DNA of 64,000 nt from Spirochaetia bacterium (lineage in GTDB: Bacteria; Spirochaetota; Spirochaetia; CADAEX01). The notes under the pieces are model-generated. The model made no database searches. It saw only the letters and a program-made list of their open reading frames with translations, and was not told the origin of the DNA. The DNA is taken from contig CAXXHA010000030.1 in the NCBI GenBank assembly GCA_963662265.2, positions 24,190 to 88,189 of the forward strand. Reading direction: 5' to 3'. The position numbers were made by a program, and so were the translations under genes. Shown here piece by piece: positions 39,252 to 50,378 of the stretch; within the stretch, counting starts at the first letter, position 1; the number at the start of each line of letters is the position of its first letter.

Positions 39252-39428
39252 ATGGATAACAGGGAAAAAATTCTTGATGCTATGAAGAATGCCGGTAAAC
39301 CGCTCAAGGCAGGCGAAGCTGCCGATCTTGCAGGTTTAAGCAAGGCTGATGCAGATAAAGCTTTCAAGGAACTCAAGAAAGAGGAACTTATTATATCTCC
39401 CAGGAGATGTTACTGGGAGCCTAAATAA
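39252..39428 (+). CDS. 58-aa winged-helix protein (missed by the ORF track)
   Basis: MDNREKILDAMKNAGKPLKAGEAADLAGLSKADADKAFKELKKEELIISPRRCYWEPK; RBS AGGGG, promoter TTTACA-N17-TATATT at 39185-39213, terminator directly after. Confidence 0.85.
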   Translation: MDNREKILDAMKNAGKPLKAGEAADLAGLSKADADKAFKELKKEELIISPRRCYWEPK

Positions 39429-39430
39429 AT

Positions 39431-39457
39431 AAAAGCAGCCTTTTCCGGCTGCTTTTT
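39431..39457. terminator. Bidirectional terminator
   Basis: AAAAGCAGCC-loop-GGCTGCTTTTT. Confidence 0.85.
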
Positions 39458-39523
39458 CTGTTTAAAAACAAAATATTTTGTAAGTTCAATATATCATCAG
39501 ATATTTCCCGATTATTATTCTAT

Positions 39524-40809
39524 TCAATGTTTTTTTAATATACCTTCAGCTGCTCTTATTCCGCTTGCCCAGGCACCTGTAATACCCCGGCTTGTACCTG
39601 CACCATCACCAATCAGGTAGAGATCTTTCTTTGCCTGAAAATATTCATCCATAAAATCAGGTTTGTTTGCATACATCTTGATTTCAGGATAATACATTAT
39701 TGTACTTGGGTGAAGAATTCCTGGAGTTATGGTATCGAGGATTTTCATTGACTTCCAGATAGACCTCAGTATTTTATCCGGCATGACAAGTGATATATCC
39801 CCCGGTGTGCAGCTTCCCAGGGTAGGCTTGAAAATTATAGAGATCATTGTTGAAAGTATCTGTCTTTGATCTTTTTCCGAGTCGGAAATCCCCAACCCTC
39901 TGCATTATAGGTTTTCCGCCGCCGCAGAGACGCGCCTGGAGCCCCAGAATTTCCGCAAATTTCTGGCCGCTGGCAACAGGCCTTGTAAGCTTCAGGGTTC
40001 TAAGCATTGCAAAATTAACCAGGTTATTTTCCTTGCCGGGATCAGACCATGCATGACCGTTAACAGAATAATAGTTATCCCCGTCACTTGTTGTATATTT
40101 TTCCTGTACAACATAAGCAGCCTTGCTGTTTGTACAGAATGTTCTCACCTTGCCGGGAAATATAAATTTAGGATCATAATAGTCTTTTACAATGGGATAT
40201 AATTCAAGCTGTGTTTCAACCCTTATACCTATATCCACAATATTATCAACATAAGGAATTTCAAGACTGTTCATTACATTCTGAAGAAATTTGAATCCCT
40301 TACGGCCTGGAGAAACAATCAGGGTGCTGTATTTCCTTTCTGTCTGGTTTGTAGTAAGAATTTTTTTCTCTTCGTTAATTGAAACAGCTTCTTCTCCCAG
40401 GGAAAACTCAACTCCCCTGCTTTCAAGCCTTGCAACAAGCTCTTTGATAAGCCTCAGTCCCCCCGTCAGTACCAAGATGGGCCTGTTTTACAGAAAGAAG
40501 CTGTGTATCAAGGTTTTCCGCTCTCTTCTGATATATATCGAGATTGAATTTCTCCATGTGGGGAGGACTCAGTATTTTCTGAACTTTATCAAGGTAGTAA
40601 TCAGCCCGGTCTTTGGTCCAGTATTCAACAGGAAATCCGATTGGATAAGTAAAATTCATCTTACAGTCATTACGGAGACCGCCTGTGGAATATTTCTCCT
40701 TGTCTATAATAAGGATTTTCATTCCCGGCTTGTTGTCTGTAAGATAAAATGCAGCCCCAAGCCCCGAAGGTCCGCTTCCTATAATTATACAATCCCAGCT
40801 ACTCATCAC
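39524..40809 (-). pseudogene. Uncharacterised FAD-dependent oxidoreductase, in three frames (probable indel errors)
   Basis: IIGSGPSGLGAA, HLGTDG, DIGIRVE, VRTFC, VNGHA, YPEIKMY, IGDGAGTSRGI; breaks near 40465 and 39830. Confidence 0.85.
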
Positions 40810-40938
40810 AACTCTCCTGAAATATTCTCAGTATGCAGATAATACCAGTTTGTCCGGATATCCCTTATTGTATTTATCTCCAGATGCATTTTTCATGTAG
40901 AAAGGGATTTTTCCAGAAACAAACATCCGATTCTATAC

Positions 40939-41787
40939 TTATTTTTCAAGAGAGTAAAGAAGTTTTATTTCCGATTCCCATAATTCAGGTTCCGGAGTTT
41001 CCAGAATAAGCGGAATATCATCAAAACGGGAATCATTCATTATATAGCTGAACGGATCAAGCCCCAGTGTTCCCCTGCCCAGGGAATCATGCCTGTCAAC
41101 ACGGGAAGCATAATCTTTCTTTGAATCATTAAGATGCATACCGCACAAAAAATAAAATCCGACAATCCTTTCAAAATCATCCATAGTCTGATTGAAACCT
41201 GATTCAGTCTTTATATCATAACCTGCAGAATATGTATGGCATGTATCAAGACATACACCGATTCTTTCTTTGTTCTCCACAAGGTCTATAATTGCCTTTA
41301 AATGCTCAAACTTATACCCGATATTGGTCCCCTGCCCCGCAGTATTCTCAATTACAGCAACAGTACTGCTGCCTTCAGTTTCCTTCATTATGCTGTTAAG
41401 AGAATCTGCAATAATCTCAATACACTGCTCCTCTGATACCTCTTTCAGATGGCTTCCGGGATGAAAGTTGAGATATTTCAGCCCAAGCTGTTCCACTCTT
41501 CTTATTTCATCCAGAAAAGCATCATAGGATTTCTTCCTTTTATCAGGATCGGGATTGCCGAGATTTATCAGATAGCTGTCATGGGGAAGAACCTGTTCCG
41601 GTGATATTTCAGATTTTTCAAGATATTCCCTGAAAAGAGAAATATCTTTATCTCCCAGAGGTGGAGATGTCCATCTTTTCTGGTTCCTTGTAAAAAGGGC
41701 AAATGCCTTTGCCCCGATTAAAGATGCGTTTAAAGGCGCATTAAAAACACCGCCTGCAGCACTGACATGTGCTCCTATATATTTCAT
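40939..41787 (-). CDS. nfo: Endonuclease IV
   Basis: [42 protein letters not shown]. Confidence 0.96.
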   Translation of the reverse strand: MKYIGAHVSAAGGVFNAPLNASLIGAKAFALFTRNQKRWTSPPLGDKDISLFREYLEKSEISPEQVLPHDSYLINLGNPDPDKRKKSYDAFLDEIRRVEQLGLKYLNFHPGSHLKEVSEEQCIEIIADSLNSIMKETEGSSTVAVIENTAGQGTNIGYKFEHLKAIIDLVENKERIGVCLDTCHTYSAGYDIKTESGFNQTMDDFERIVGFYFLCGMHLNDSKKDYASRVDRHDSLGRGTLGLDPFSYIMNDSRFDDIPLILETPEPELWESEIKLLYSLEK

Positions 41788-41816
41788 TTCATTATACTCC
41801 TGAAATTATCTCTCAT

Positions 41817-41846
41817 AAAAAAAAGGAGGACTGAATCAAGTCCTCC
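41817..41846 (-). terminator. Terminator after trxA
   Basis: GGAGGACT-loop-AGTCCTCC plus a T8 run on the minus strand. Confidence 0.8.
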
Positions 41847-41871
41847 ATTAAGTATTATCTGATAAATAAAG

Positions 41872-42228
41872 TTATTCCACTTTAAGAACATCCTGAATCA
41901 TATTTTTAAAACTTTCCTTCGGAAGAGCACCTGCAGCCATCTGCGGTTTACCTTCAAGCGGTATAAACAGGATAGAAGGAATACTTGATATTCCGAATGC
42001 TGCTGAAAGTTCCTGTTCAACTTCAGTATTAACCTTATATATGTTCAGTTTTCCTTTATATTCTTCAGAAAGCTGATCAAGAACAGGAGCAACCATTTTA
42101 CAGGGACCGCACCAGTCTGCATAAAAATCTATTATTACAGGCAGCTCACCTTTGAAATTCCAGTCCTTTTCCTTCTCGTAATCAAAAACTTTATCCAGAA
42201 AATCCTGTTTTGTTATATTGACAGCCAT
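41872..42228 (-). CDS. trxA: Thioredoxin
   Basis: DFYADWCGPCK, SIP. Confidence 0.95.
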   Translation of the reverse strand: MAVNITKQDFLDKVFDYEKEKDWNFKGELPVIIDFYADWCGPCKMVAPVLDQLSEEYKGKLNIYKVNTEVEQELSAAFGISSIPSILFIPLEGKPQMAAGALPKESFKNMIQDVLKVE

Positions 42229-42293
42229 ATTGCTCCCCCTTGTTTCGTTTTACATACATAATATATTCATATATTTCTATATAGTAAAGTTTT

Positions 42294-43408
42294 TTATTGT
42301 AAATCCTCAATTTCTTTTTCAAGTTTTTTTGCAGCCCTGTTCATTTTGTCAATTTCCTTTTTTACAGATTTGACTTTATCCTGCTTGACCTGAATTGTTT
42401 CACGCAGTTTTTCAAGCTCGATCTGTTTATTTTCTATATCTATTTCCCTGGCTAGTTTTTCATTTTCCTGAAGCATGAGATCAGTTTCAGATTCACTTTT
42501 TTCTATTTTTTCAATGCACCCAGCAATATCATCATTATCAACAGTTACAGGTGCTTCTTCACTCTTAAGGACATCATAAAATCCCCTGCCTGCTGATAAA
42601 AGTATTCCATTGAGTTCAGCTTCCCTGTCAGCAGCCACATCATCAGGTTTTTTATTGTATTCAGTATTGAGTTCTTTGTTTTTTTCATCAATTTCTATCT
42701 GGTAGTTCGATTTCTCAGCTTTCAGAGAATCAAGCTTGATTTCAAAATCTTCAACCACTTTAAGATTCGCCTCAAATGCACTGAAAATTCCATGAATCTC
42801 CTTATCCTCAGTTTTATCAAAGTATCTGTCATTGCACAGCTTTCCGGCCGGCCGATTTTTATAAAGCAGTACATAAATTTAGCAGTCAAGAAGTTTTCTT
42901 TCTGGATTCAAGAACAGTTCCGGAACCTGTAACAATCAGTTTTCCGAAAAAATCCCTCTGCATCTTTCTTCCGCTCGCTGTTCTCTATTTTCTCATCAAT
43001 TTCATCAATTTTATCATTCAACTCTATCAATTCATCAAGATATTCACGTATATCATACAGTTCATCAGGTCTTTCCATGTAAATGGAAAAGACTGTCTCT
43101 CCAATACCGATAAAATGCTTTTCATTATCCCCTTTTATTTCCTTTATTTTCCTTAACGCATTTTTCTCATCAGCAACTATTGAATCAATTCTTTTTCTGT
43201 ACTGGCTTATTTTATCCTGTTCGGATTTTATTTTTTTTATGTCCCGTTTAAGTTCATTAACCTGCCTTACAGTCTCTTCATCATCCGGGAAAGATATATT
43301 ATTTGATATAAGCAGATTACCTAATTCAGCCATAAAAATATCTCTTCTGGCCTGTTCTTCAATTATTTTTTTTTCATTCAGTTTTATATTTTTGGATTTG
43401 TTACTCAT
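42294..43408 (-). pseudogene. Coiled-coil hypothetical protein, frameshifted around 42760-42940
   Basis: Two K/E-rich coiled-coil ORFs (42908-43408 and 42294-42758) bridged by coding-like sequence. Confidence 0.55.
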
Positions 43409-43524
43409 CACAATGTTAATTTTTACATATTGTTGGTAAACATGCAATTTTTTTCTTTAAATATTATTGAAATTATTTTGAAATAAACAGATAATACCAA
43501 TATCCTACTAATCATGGAGGAATA

Positions 43525-44444
43525 ATGGTATTTGCGGAAAAAATTACAGACTTGATTGGCAGCACACCATTGATAAAACTGAACAGGATTTCTGAAAAAA
43601 CAGGAAATCTTGTTCTTGCTAAAGCTGAATTCATGAATCCGGCTTCAAGCATTAAAGACAGGGCTGCTTTAAACATGATAGAAAGCGCTGAAAAAGATGG
43701 GCTTATTCAAGAGGGGGCAGTTATTGTAGAACCGACAAGCGGGAATACAGGTATCGGCCTTGCCTTGTCTGTGCGGTTAAAAAATACAGACTCATACTGA
43801 CAATGCCTGATTCTATGAGCATTGAAAGGGTAAACCTTTTGAAAGCCATGGGGGCAGAAGTTGTTCTCACCTCCGGAAGCAGGGGTATGGCAGGAGCCAT
43901 AGACAAGGCACAGGAAATACTTACTCAGAATCCAGGCAGCATAATGCCGATGCAGTTTTCAAACAAGGCAAATCCTGATGCCCATTTCAGGACAACTGCA
44001 AGGGAAATATGGAAAGATACAGATGGTGAAATTGACTGGTTTGTTGCAGGGGCAGGAACCGGCGGTACAATAACAGGCTGCTCTGAATATCTTAAATCAA
44101 AGAAATTTGATCTTAAAACTGCTGTTGTTGAACCATGGGAATCATCAGTCATATCAGGTGAAGCTGCAGCACCTCATAAAATACAGGGAATAGGAGCAGG
44201 CTTCATACCTGAAAACCTGAAACTGGACCTTATAGACAGGATAATAAGGGTCAGAAGTGAAGATGCTGTAAAAATGGCAAAGCAGCTCAGAGAGGATGAA
44301 GGTATACTTGCTGGTATTTCTTCAGCAGCCAATGTTATTGCCGCGGAAATGATATCCGAACATGAGAAAAACAGCGGAAAGGTAATAGTAACAGTACTCT
44401 GCGACAGCGGGGAAAGATATATCTCAACAGGAATTTACAACTGA
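43525..44444 (+). pseudogene. cysK: Cysteine synthase A, one frameshift (missing C at about 43763, probable error)
   Basis: NPASSIKDR (PLP Lys), [26 protein letters not shown]; GCC(C)TTGTCTGT restores ALVCAVK. Confidence 0.92.
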
Positions 44445-44577
44445 TTCACCTACAATAATCAGCAAATTGATGTTTTCATAAATATAAGAAGTATTTTTGA
44501 TTTTTCAATATATTATACTTTGTTTTAAGAGGGCATCAGAATATTTATATGTTACATTTTATGCTTAGTAAATATTG

Positions 44578-44614
44578 AGGGACCGGCAGAAAATAATTTC
44601 TATGGTCCCTTTTT
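44578..44614 (+). terminator. Terminator/attenuator hairpin in the metY leader
   Basis: AGGGACC..AGAAA-ATAA-TTTCT..GGTCCCT-TTTT, ending 30 nt before the metY ATG. Confidence 0.55.
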
Positions 44615-44644
44615 AATACAAAAAAACAAACCAGGAGGTAATGT

Positions 44645-45909
44645 ATGAAATTTGATACAAAAGCACTCCATTACGGATATAACCCCGGCGAAGACTGTTC
44701 ACACGGCGTTCCTGTGCACAGGACATCTGCCTATCTCTTTAAAAACACCAAGCATGCTGCAGATCTTTTTGACCTGAAGGAAGCCGGTAATATTTATACA
44801 AGGCTGCAGAATCCCACCCAGGATGTTCTTGAGAAGAGAATTGCATCTCTTGAAGGGGGAAAAGCTTCACTTGCACTCTCATCAGGCACCTCGGCTGTAT
44901 TCTATACTGTTATCAATATCTGCAAAAAAGGGGATGAAATAATTGCATCTTCAAAGCTTTACGGGGGAAACACATACAATGTTTTCCTCTATATTGCCCC
45001 AGTTCGGAATAAAAACAATTTTTGTTGACCAGTCAGATCCGGAAAATTTCAGAAAAGCAGCTTCCGAAAAAACAAAACTGTTTTATACAGAAACAATAGG
45101 AAACCCGACACTTGATGTCGCAGATATCAGGGCAATTTCCAAAATTGCAGAAGAACTTCAGGTACCTCTGGCAGTTGATTCAACTTTCACAACACCCTAA
45201 CCTTTTCAGGCCGTTTGAATACGGAGCAAACATAGTCCTTCATTCAATGACAAAGTGGATAGGGGGTCACGGGACAGGACTTGGAGGAATTGTAACAGAC
45301 AATAACAGTTTCAACTGGAAAAATGACAAGTTTTCACTGTACAGCAAACCTGAAAGCTCATACCACGACATTGTCTTTGCAGATCTTCCCGATGAAACTC
45401 CCCCGTTTATAACCAGGATGAGAACCATACCGCTCAGAAACCTTGGAGCGTGCATAAGCCCTGACAATGCATGGATGTTTCTTCAGGGACTTGAAACTCT
45501 GTCGCTCAGAATGGAAAGGCATTCATACAATGCAATGCAGACAGCAGAGTTCCTTTCAAAACATCCATATGTAAGCTGGGTCAGGTATCCCGGTCTTGCA
45601 GATGATCCGTCCCACAAAACAGCTCTCAAACAGTTTAAAAAGGGTTTCGGGGGAATGGTTGTATTCGGAATCAAATCAGGGAGAAAGGGAGGAGAGAAAT
45701 TCATCGACAGTCTCAAACTCTTCTCTCATGTCGCAAATGTCGGTGATGTAAAGAGTCTCGCAATTCACCCCGGAAGCACAACCCATTCCCAGCTTTCAGA
45801 CAGGGAACAGAAGGCAGCCGGCATAAAGCCTGATATGATAAGGCTTTCTGTAGGGATTGAAGATATATACGATATACTGGAAGATCTTGACCAGGCGCTT
45901 AAAGGATAA
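44645..45909 (+). pseudogene. metY: O-acetylhomoserine aminocarboxypropyltransferase, two +1 A insertions (probable errors)
   Basis: GNIYTRLQNPT, ETIGNP, VDSTF, HSMTKWIGGHG (PLP Lys), ANVGDVKSLAIHP; breaks at about 44969 and 45199. Confidence 0.92.
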
Positions 45910-45912
45910 TAT

Positions 45913-46812
45913 ATGGCAATAATTGTACCGGAAAACTACCATGCGAAACAGGCTCTCGAAAAAGCAAGAGTACATTGCATTACTTCTTTCGAAGCTAAAA
46001 AGCAGGATATCAGACCGCTCAGAATCGGGATTCTCAATATCATGCCTGAAGCCAACACATATGAGTATAACATACTGTTCCCGATAGGAAGGGCTATCAT
46101 ACAGATCGAACCTGTGTGGATAAGGCTTAAAACTCATTCATACACAAGCACAAGCAAGACACACCTTGAGGAGCTTTACATAACTTTTGAGGAAGCTGTA
46201 AAAGACAGGGGTTTTGACGGTCTTGTAATAACAGGGGCACCTGTCGAGGAAAAATCATTCAAGGATGTCTGGTTCTGGGATGAACTATCTGAAATACTTG
46301 ATTATGCAAAAAACAATATTGCATCAACCCTGGGCATTTGCTGGGGCGGTCTTGCACTGGCAAATTACATAGGAATAGAAAAAACAGTATTCAATCATAA
46401 ACTCTTCGGTGTATACCCTTTTAACAACATTGACAGGAATCACCGCATAACCGGGGACCTTGATGATGTATTCATGTGTCCCCAGTCAAGACATGCGGGA
46501 ATCAGCGATGAAGTACTGGAAGCTGAAAGGGATAAAGGGAATATAAATCTGCTTGCACATTCTGACATAGCAGGATACCTGATTTTTGAAACTGCAGATA
46601 AATCTTTTATAATGCACCTGGGGCACCCTGAGTATGAAACTGACAGGCTGATAAATGAATATAGAAGGGATATGGAAAAGGGGCGAAGCGATGTCTCGCT
46701 GCCTCTGAATCTGGATATAGATGATCCTAAAAACAACTGGAGAGGCCACAGCCTCGAGTTTTTTCAGCAGTGGGTCAAGGATGTTTACATAAGAACACCT
46801 TATGAAATCTGA
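45913..46812 (+). CDS. metA: MetA-family homoserine O-acyltransferase (acetyl-type)
   Basis: QDIRPLRIGILNIMP, ITGAPVE, GICWG, PQSRH, GHPEY. Confidence 0.93.
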   Translation: MAIIVPENYHAKQALEKARVHCITSFEAKKQDIRPLRIGILNIMPEANTYEYNILFPIGRAIIQIEPVWIRLKTHSYTSTSKTHLEELYITFEEAVKDRGFDGLVITGAPVEEKSFKDVWFWDELSEILDYAKNNIASTLGICWGGLALANYIGIEKTVFNHKLFGVYPFNNIDRNHRITGDLDDVFMCPQSRHAGISDEVLEAERDKGNINLLAHSDIAGYLIFETADKSFIMHLGHPEYETDRLINEYRRDMEKGRSDVSLPLNLDIDDPKNNWRGHSLEFFQQWVKDVYIRTPYEI

Positions 46813-46865
46813 TACTTAAGAAACTTCCCTTAAACAGATGAAATATCAAGCCTGTCCGCTGAAGA

Positions 46866-46906
46866 CAGGACCTGAAGCCTCCCGGCAGGGACAGCATCAG
46901 GTCCTG
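46866..46906. terminator. Stem-loop between convergent genes
   Basis: CAGGACCTGA...TCAGGTCCTG 10-bp stem. Confidence 0.5.
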
Positions 46907-47011
46907 CAATATTAGCATCCTGGATGTACTTAAAGGTAATTAACCTCTGTTGCAAACAGGCTTTTTTCAAATCACATATTAATTTTTATCAAAAACAGAA
47001 TATTCTGAATA

Positions 47012-47698
47012 CTATTCAACAACCCCTGTCCTGTGCCAGTATTCTGCAATATATACACAGGGTGTATCCATTGCCGCAACAATCCACTTAAGCACACAGG
47101 TTGTTACAAGCACCTGGAAAAATATCTCTTTCGGAAATACTCCCAGAAAAGCAATACATGTGAATACTGTGCTGTCTATCAGCTGGCTGACAATAGTACT
47201 TGCGTTGTTCCTTATCCAGATATATTTGGGAGCTGTAAATTTCTTTTTCCAGAAATTATATGCCCAGATATCATGAAATTCCGATAAAAGAAACGCAATA
47301 AGACTTGCAAGAGCTATACGGGGCATTAAACCGAAAATTGTCTGAAGGCTGCTTTGCGCAAAATCATCAGCAGAAGGTTTGAATACAATTGCAATCTGCA
47401 TAATCAGTGTCATGAAAATCAATGACATGAAACCGATAACCACAGCTTTAAAAGCATCTTTCTTTGAATAGTTTTCCGACAGGATATCTGTTACAAGAAA
47501 GGAAGTCGCATAAACAATATTACCAAGTGTGTTTGTTATTCCGAAAAGTTCAACTGTTTTCAGAACCTGGATATTTGCAAGTATTACAGATATAGGAACC
47601 CATACAAATAGACCGGTCTTTCCCATAAACCTGTAAAAAATAAGGATGGATATGAAATTGATGGCAAGCATCAATATCCAAAGAAATTCGTTTGACAT
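47012..47698 (-). CDS. Queuosine-precursor transporter (YhhQ/VUT family)
   Basis: ANIQVLK, TDILSENY, PRIALAS, RNNASTIVSQLIDS; true start MSNEF at 47698 after GGAG; riboswitch upstream. Confidence 0.92.
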   Translation of the reverse strand: MSNEFLWILMLAINFISILIFYRFMGKTGLFVWVPISVILANIQVLKTVELFGITNTLGNIVYATSFLVTDILSENYSKKDAFKAVVIGFMSLIFMTLIMQIAIVFKPSADDFAQSSLQTIFGLMPRIALASLIAFLLSEFHDIWAYNFWKKKFTAPKYIWIRNNASTIVSQLIDSTVFTCIAFLGVFPKEIFFQVLVTTCVLKWIVAAMDTPCVYIAEYWHRTGVVE

Positions 47699-47704
47699 TA
47701 TTTT

Positions 47705-47746
47705 CTCCATTGTTTTGTTAAGGCGGGTGCCAGGATACGACCGCCT
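47705..47746 (-). ncRNA. preQ1-I riboswitch (type II-like, translational)
   Basis: AGGCGG-UCGUAUCCUGGCAC-CCGCCU-UAACAAAACAAUGGAG: P1 stem, UCG loop start, C before the P1 3' strand, A-rich tail running into the SD. Confidence 0.85.
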
Positions 47747-47910
47747 GATTTTTGTCCGGTTATAATGCATTATTTACAGACTTTTGACAAGATTTAATAT
47801 TGATTATCAGTAATTAAACAGGGAGCAGTGTAATTTACACTGCCCCGGTCATAATCAGAAAATAGTAATATAGATATTTTTCGCACCTTATTCAGGCTTT
47901 TATATAATTA

Positions 47911-48936
47911 TTACTCTGAAAGCGACATTACCCTGCCAAGCTCTTCTGTCGCCTGTGTCTTTATCTCTTCAATAACAGCAGATACAGACTTAATCTCCCT
48001 GACAAAGTTGATGCTCTGGCCAGCCATCATGGAACCGTGCTCGACATCTCCGTCAACTGCAGCTTTCCTGAGAGCTCCGAGCCAGAATTTTTCAAGCTCT
48101 TCTCCGGCATCCTTTGCATTTATCTCTTCTTTTTCTATCTTCTTGATAAGCTCAAGCTGAAGAGCTGTAAAATCCCTCACTCCCTCATTAACAATTGACC
48201 GTACAGGGATAACAGGCACTCTCGGATCAAATTTCGCACAGGGCTGTACATCTTTTGCCTGTGCCTTTACAAATGCCTGCTTGAAGTTGTCATGTGCAGG
48301 AGATTCCTCTGCAACAGCAAACCTTGTTCCAAGCTGAATTCCGGCAGCTCCCATGAGAAGATAGTGGGCTGTAAGAAATCCGCTTCCGATTCCCCCTGCG
48401 ACAAATACAGGGATATCCTTAACTTCCGGAAGAATCTGCTCAGCAAGAACACTTGTCGATACAGGCCCTATATGTCCGCCAGCTTCATGTCCTTCAATTA
48501 CAAGTGCATCACATCCCATTCTTATATTGAGTCTTGCAGCTTCAATCGAAGGGGCGAAACAGATAAGCTTACATCCTGCTTCCTTGACTTTCCTGATAGC
48601 ATCTCTGGGGGGAAGTCCTCCCGCAAAAATAACAATCGGGAATTTAATTTTACATGCATAATCAACCTGGTCCTTGAAAGCTGGAGATATTGTTATCATA
48701 TTCAGCCCGAATGGTTTATCTGTGAGCCTTTTTGTCTCTTCAACCTCTTTTATAAACAGATCTATAGGCATATTACCACCTGCAAGAACTCCAAAACCGC
48801 CAGCATTTGATATTGCAGCAACAAGTTTTGAATTTGAAATCCAGGACATAGCGCCGCCGAGTATCGGATACTCGACTCCGAGAAAGTCTCTGCCTCTTGC
48901 AGTAAGTTTGTTAAAAATTATTTCACCTTTTTCCAT
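47911..48936 (-). CDS. fabK: Enoyl-ACP reductase II / nitronate monooxygenase family
   Basis: YPILGGAMSWIS, SNAGGFG, EGHEAGGHIG, AGGIG, GTRF, GSMMAGQS. Confidence 0.8.
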   Translation of the reverse strand: MEKGEIIFNKLTARGRDFLGVEYPILGGAMSWISNSKLVAAISNAGGFGVLAGGNMPIDLFIKEVEETKRLTDKPFGLNMITISPAFKDQVDYACKIKFPIVIFAGGLPPRDAIRKVKEAGCKLICFAPSIEAARLNIRMGCDALVIEGHEAGGHIGPVSTSVLAEQILPEVKDIPVFVAGGIGSGFLTAHYLLMGAAGIQLGTRFAVAEESPAHDNFKQAFVKAQAKDVQPCAKFDPRVPVIPVRSIVNEGVRDFTALQLELIKKIEKEEINAKDAGEELEKFWLGALRKAAVDGDVEHGSMMAGQSINFVREIKSVSAVIEEIKTQATEELGRVMSLSE

Positions 48937-49079
48937 TATTCACCTCTCATTATATGGTTTTAACTATATTTAAAATATTATTATTCAAAAAACGAACGGG
49001 AATAATATTGCAAGAATCCAAATAGGTCAATACAATACTCCACATATTATAGGACAAAATTGTGAAAAGGATTAAATAA

Positions 49080-50378
49080 ATGGGCATTAATTACTGGATT
49101 TGGGACAAATTGCAGGAATCAGAAAGAAACATGATACTTTCAAGATCAGAAATTGATATTTCGGAAGTAAAAAAATCTGTTGGTGTAATTATTGATGAAG
49201 TGCGTAAGGAAAAAGACAATGCTCTTTACAGTTTTACCAGGGAATTCGATAGAGTTGATCTTAAAAATATGCCTCTCAGAGTAACTGAAGAAGAATTTGA
49301 AAAGGCGGAATCCCTGGTTTCAGATGATGTAAAGAAAGCAATAGAATATTCAATCGATAATATCAGGAAATACCATGAACTGCAGCTTCCTGAAAAAGAA
49401 AATCCGGTAAAACTTGCACCCGGTATTACAGCCGGGGAAAGAGCAACCCCTATTGAATCTGCCGGTCTCTATGTCCCCAGGGGAAGAGGCAGCTTTCCTT
49501 CAATGCTGTACATGCTTGCAGTCCCTGCTGTTATTGCCGGTGTAAAAAGAATATGTGTAGTTACACCTCCGAACGAGGATGGTTCTGTTGATCCGGCATG
49601 CCTTTATGCTGCAAAAAAATGCGGAATAAGTGAAATCTACAGGGTCGGTGGGGCTCAGGCAATTGCAGCTCTCACATACGGCACAGAATCAATTGCACCT
49701 GTTGTTAAAATTACAGGCCCGGGCAGCATGTATGTTACTGCTGCCAAAAGAATTCTGTACGGGACTGTTGATGTAGGACTTCCGGCAGGTCCTTCTGAAT
49801 CTGTAATTCTTGCAGATAAGAGCGCAGATCCCTACAGGGCTGCACTCGACCTGATGATAGAGGCGGAACACGGTTCAGATTCTTCAGCAATACTTGTAAC
49901 AGATTCAAAAGAGCTGGGGGACAGGACAGCTGAAAATATAGAAAAACTCCTTGAAGATATATCTGAACCGAGAAAGACATTTCTGGAAGATGTATTTTCA
50001 GGCTACGGCGGTGTGATAATAGCTGAAAACATGGAAAAGGGAGCGGAAATTGTCAACAGCTATGCTCCTGAGCATCTTCAGATTGCAACTGGAAACCCGG
50101 AAAAAACTGCTGACATGATAATAAACGCAGGAGAAATACTTCTCGGCCAGAACACTCCTTTTTCAATTGCAAACTATTCCACAGGTGCAAATGCAGTTCT
50201 CCCTACAGGAGGAATGGCTAAAACATTTTCCCCGGTATCTGTAAGGGATTTCATGAAATTTTCATCAATTGTAAAGGTCGATGAAAAGGGACTTTCAGAT
50301 ATTGCACCTCATGTTACTGCACTTGCAGATTACGAGGGATTTGTAACACATTCAAACGCGCTCAAGCTGAGGAAGTAA
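49080..50378 (+). CDS. hisD: Histidinol dehydrogenase-like protein (atypical Zn site)
   Basis: [25 protein letters not shown] and APEHL are present, but EAEH, ANY and NAVLPT replace QAEH, GDY and NHVLPT. Confidence 0.8.
   Translation: MGINYWIWDKLQESERNMILSRSEIDISEVKKSVGVIIDEVRKEKDNALYSFTREFDRVDLKNMPLRVTEEEFEKAESLVSDDVKKAIEYSIDNIRKYHELQLPEKENPVKLAPGITAGERATPIESAGLYVPRGRGSFPSMLYMLAVPAVIAGVKRICVVTPPNEDGSVDPACLYAAKKCGISEIYRVGGAQAIAALTYGTESIAPVVKITGPGSMYVTAAKRILYGTVDVGLPAGPSESVILADKSADPYRAALDLMIEAEHGSDSSAILVTDSKELGDRTAENIEKLLEDISEPRKTFLEDVFSGYGGVIIAENMEKGAEIVNSYAPEHLQIATGNPEKTADMIINAGEILLGQNTPFSIANYSTGANAVLPTGGMAKTFSPVSVRDFMKFSSIVKVDEKGLSDIAPHVTALADYEGFVTHSNALKLRK

Noticed and set aside
44525-44600. 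SAM-I riboswitch (AAGAG...GAGGGACCGGC resembles the core)
   Set aside because: No AUC/GAU P1, no GCAACC P3 and no P4; only a fragmentary match.
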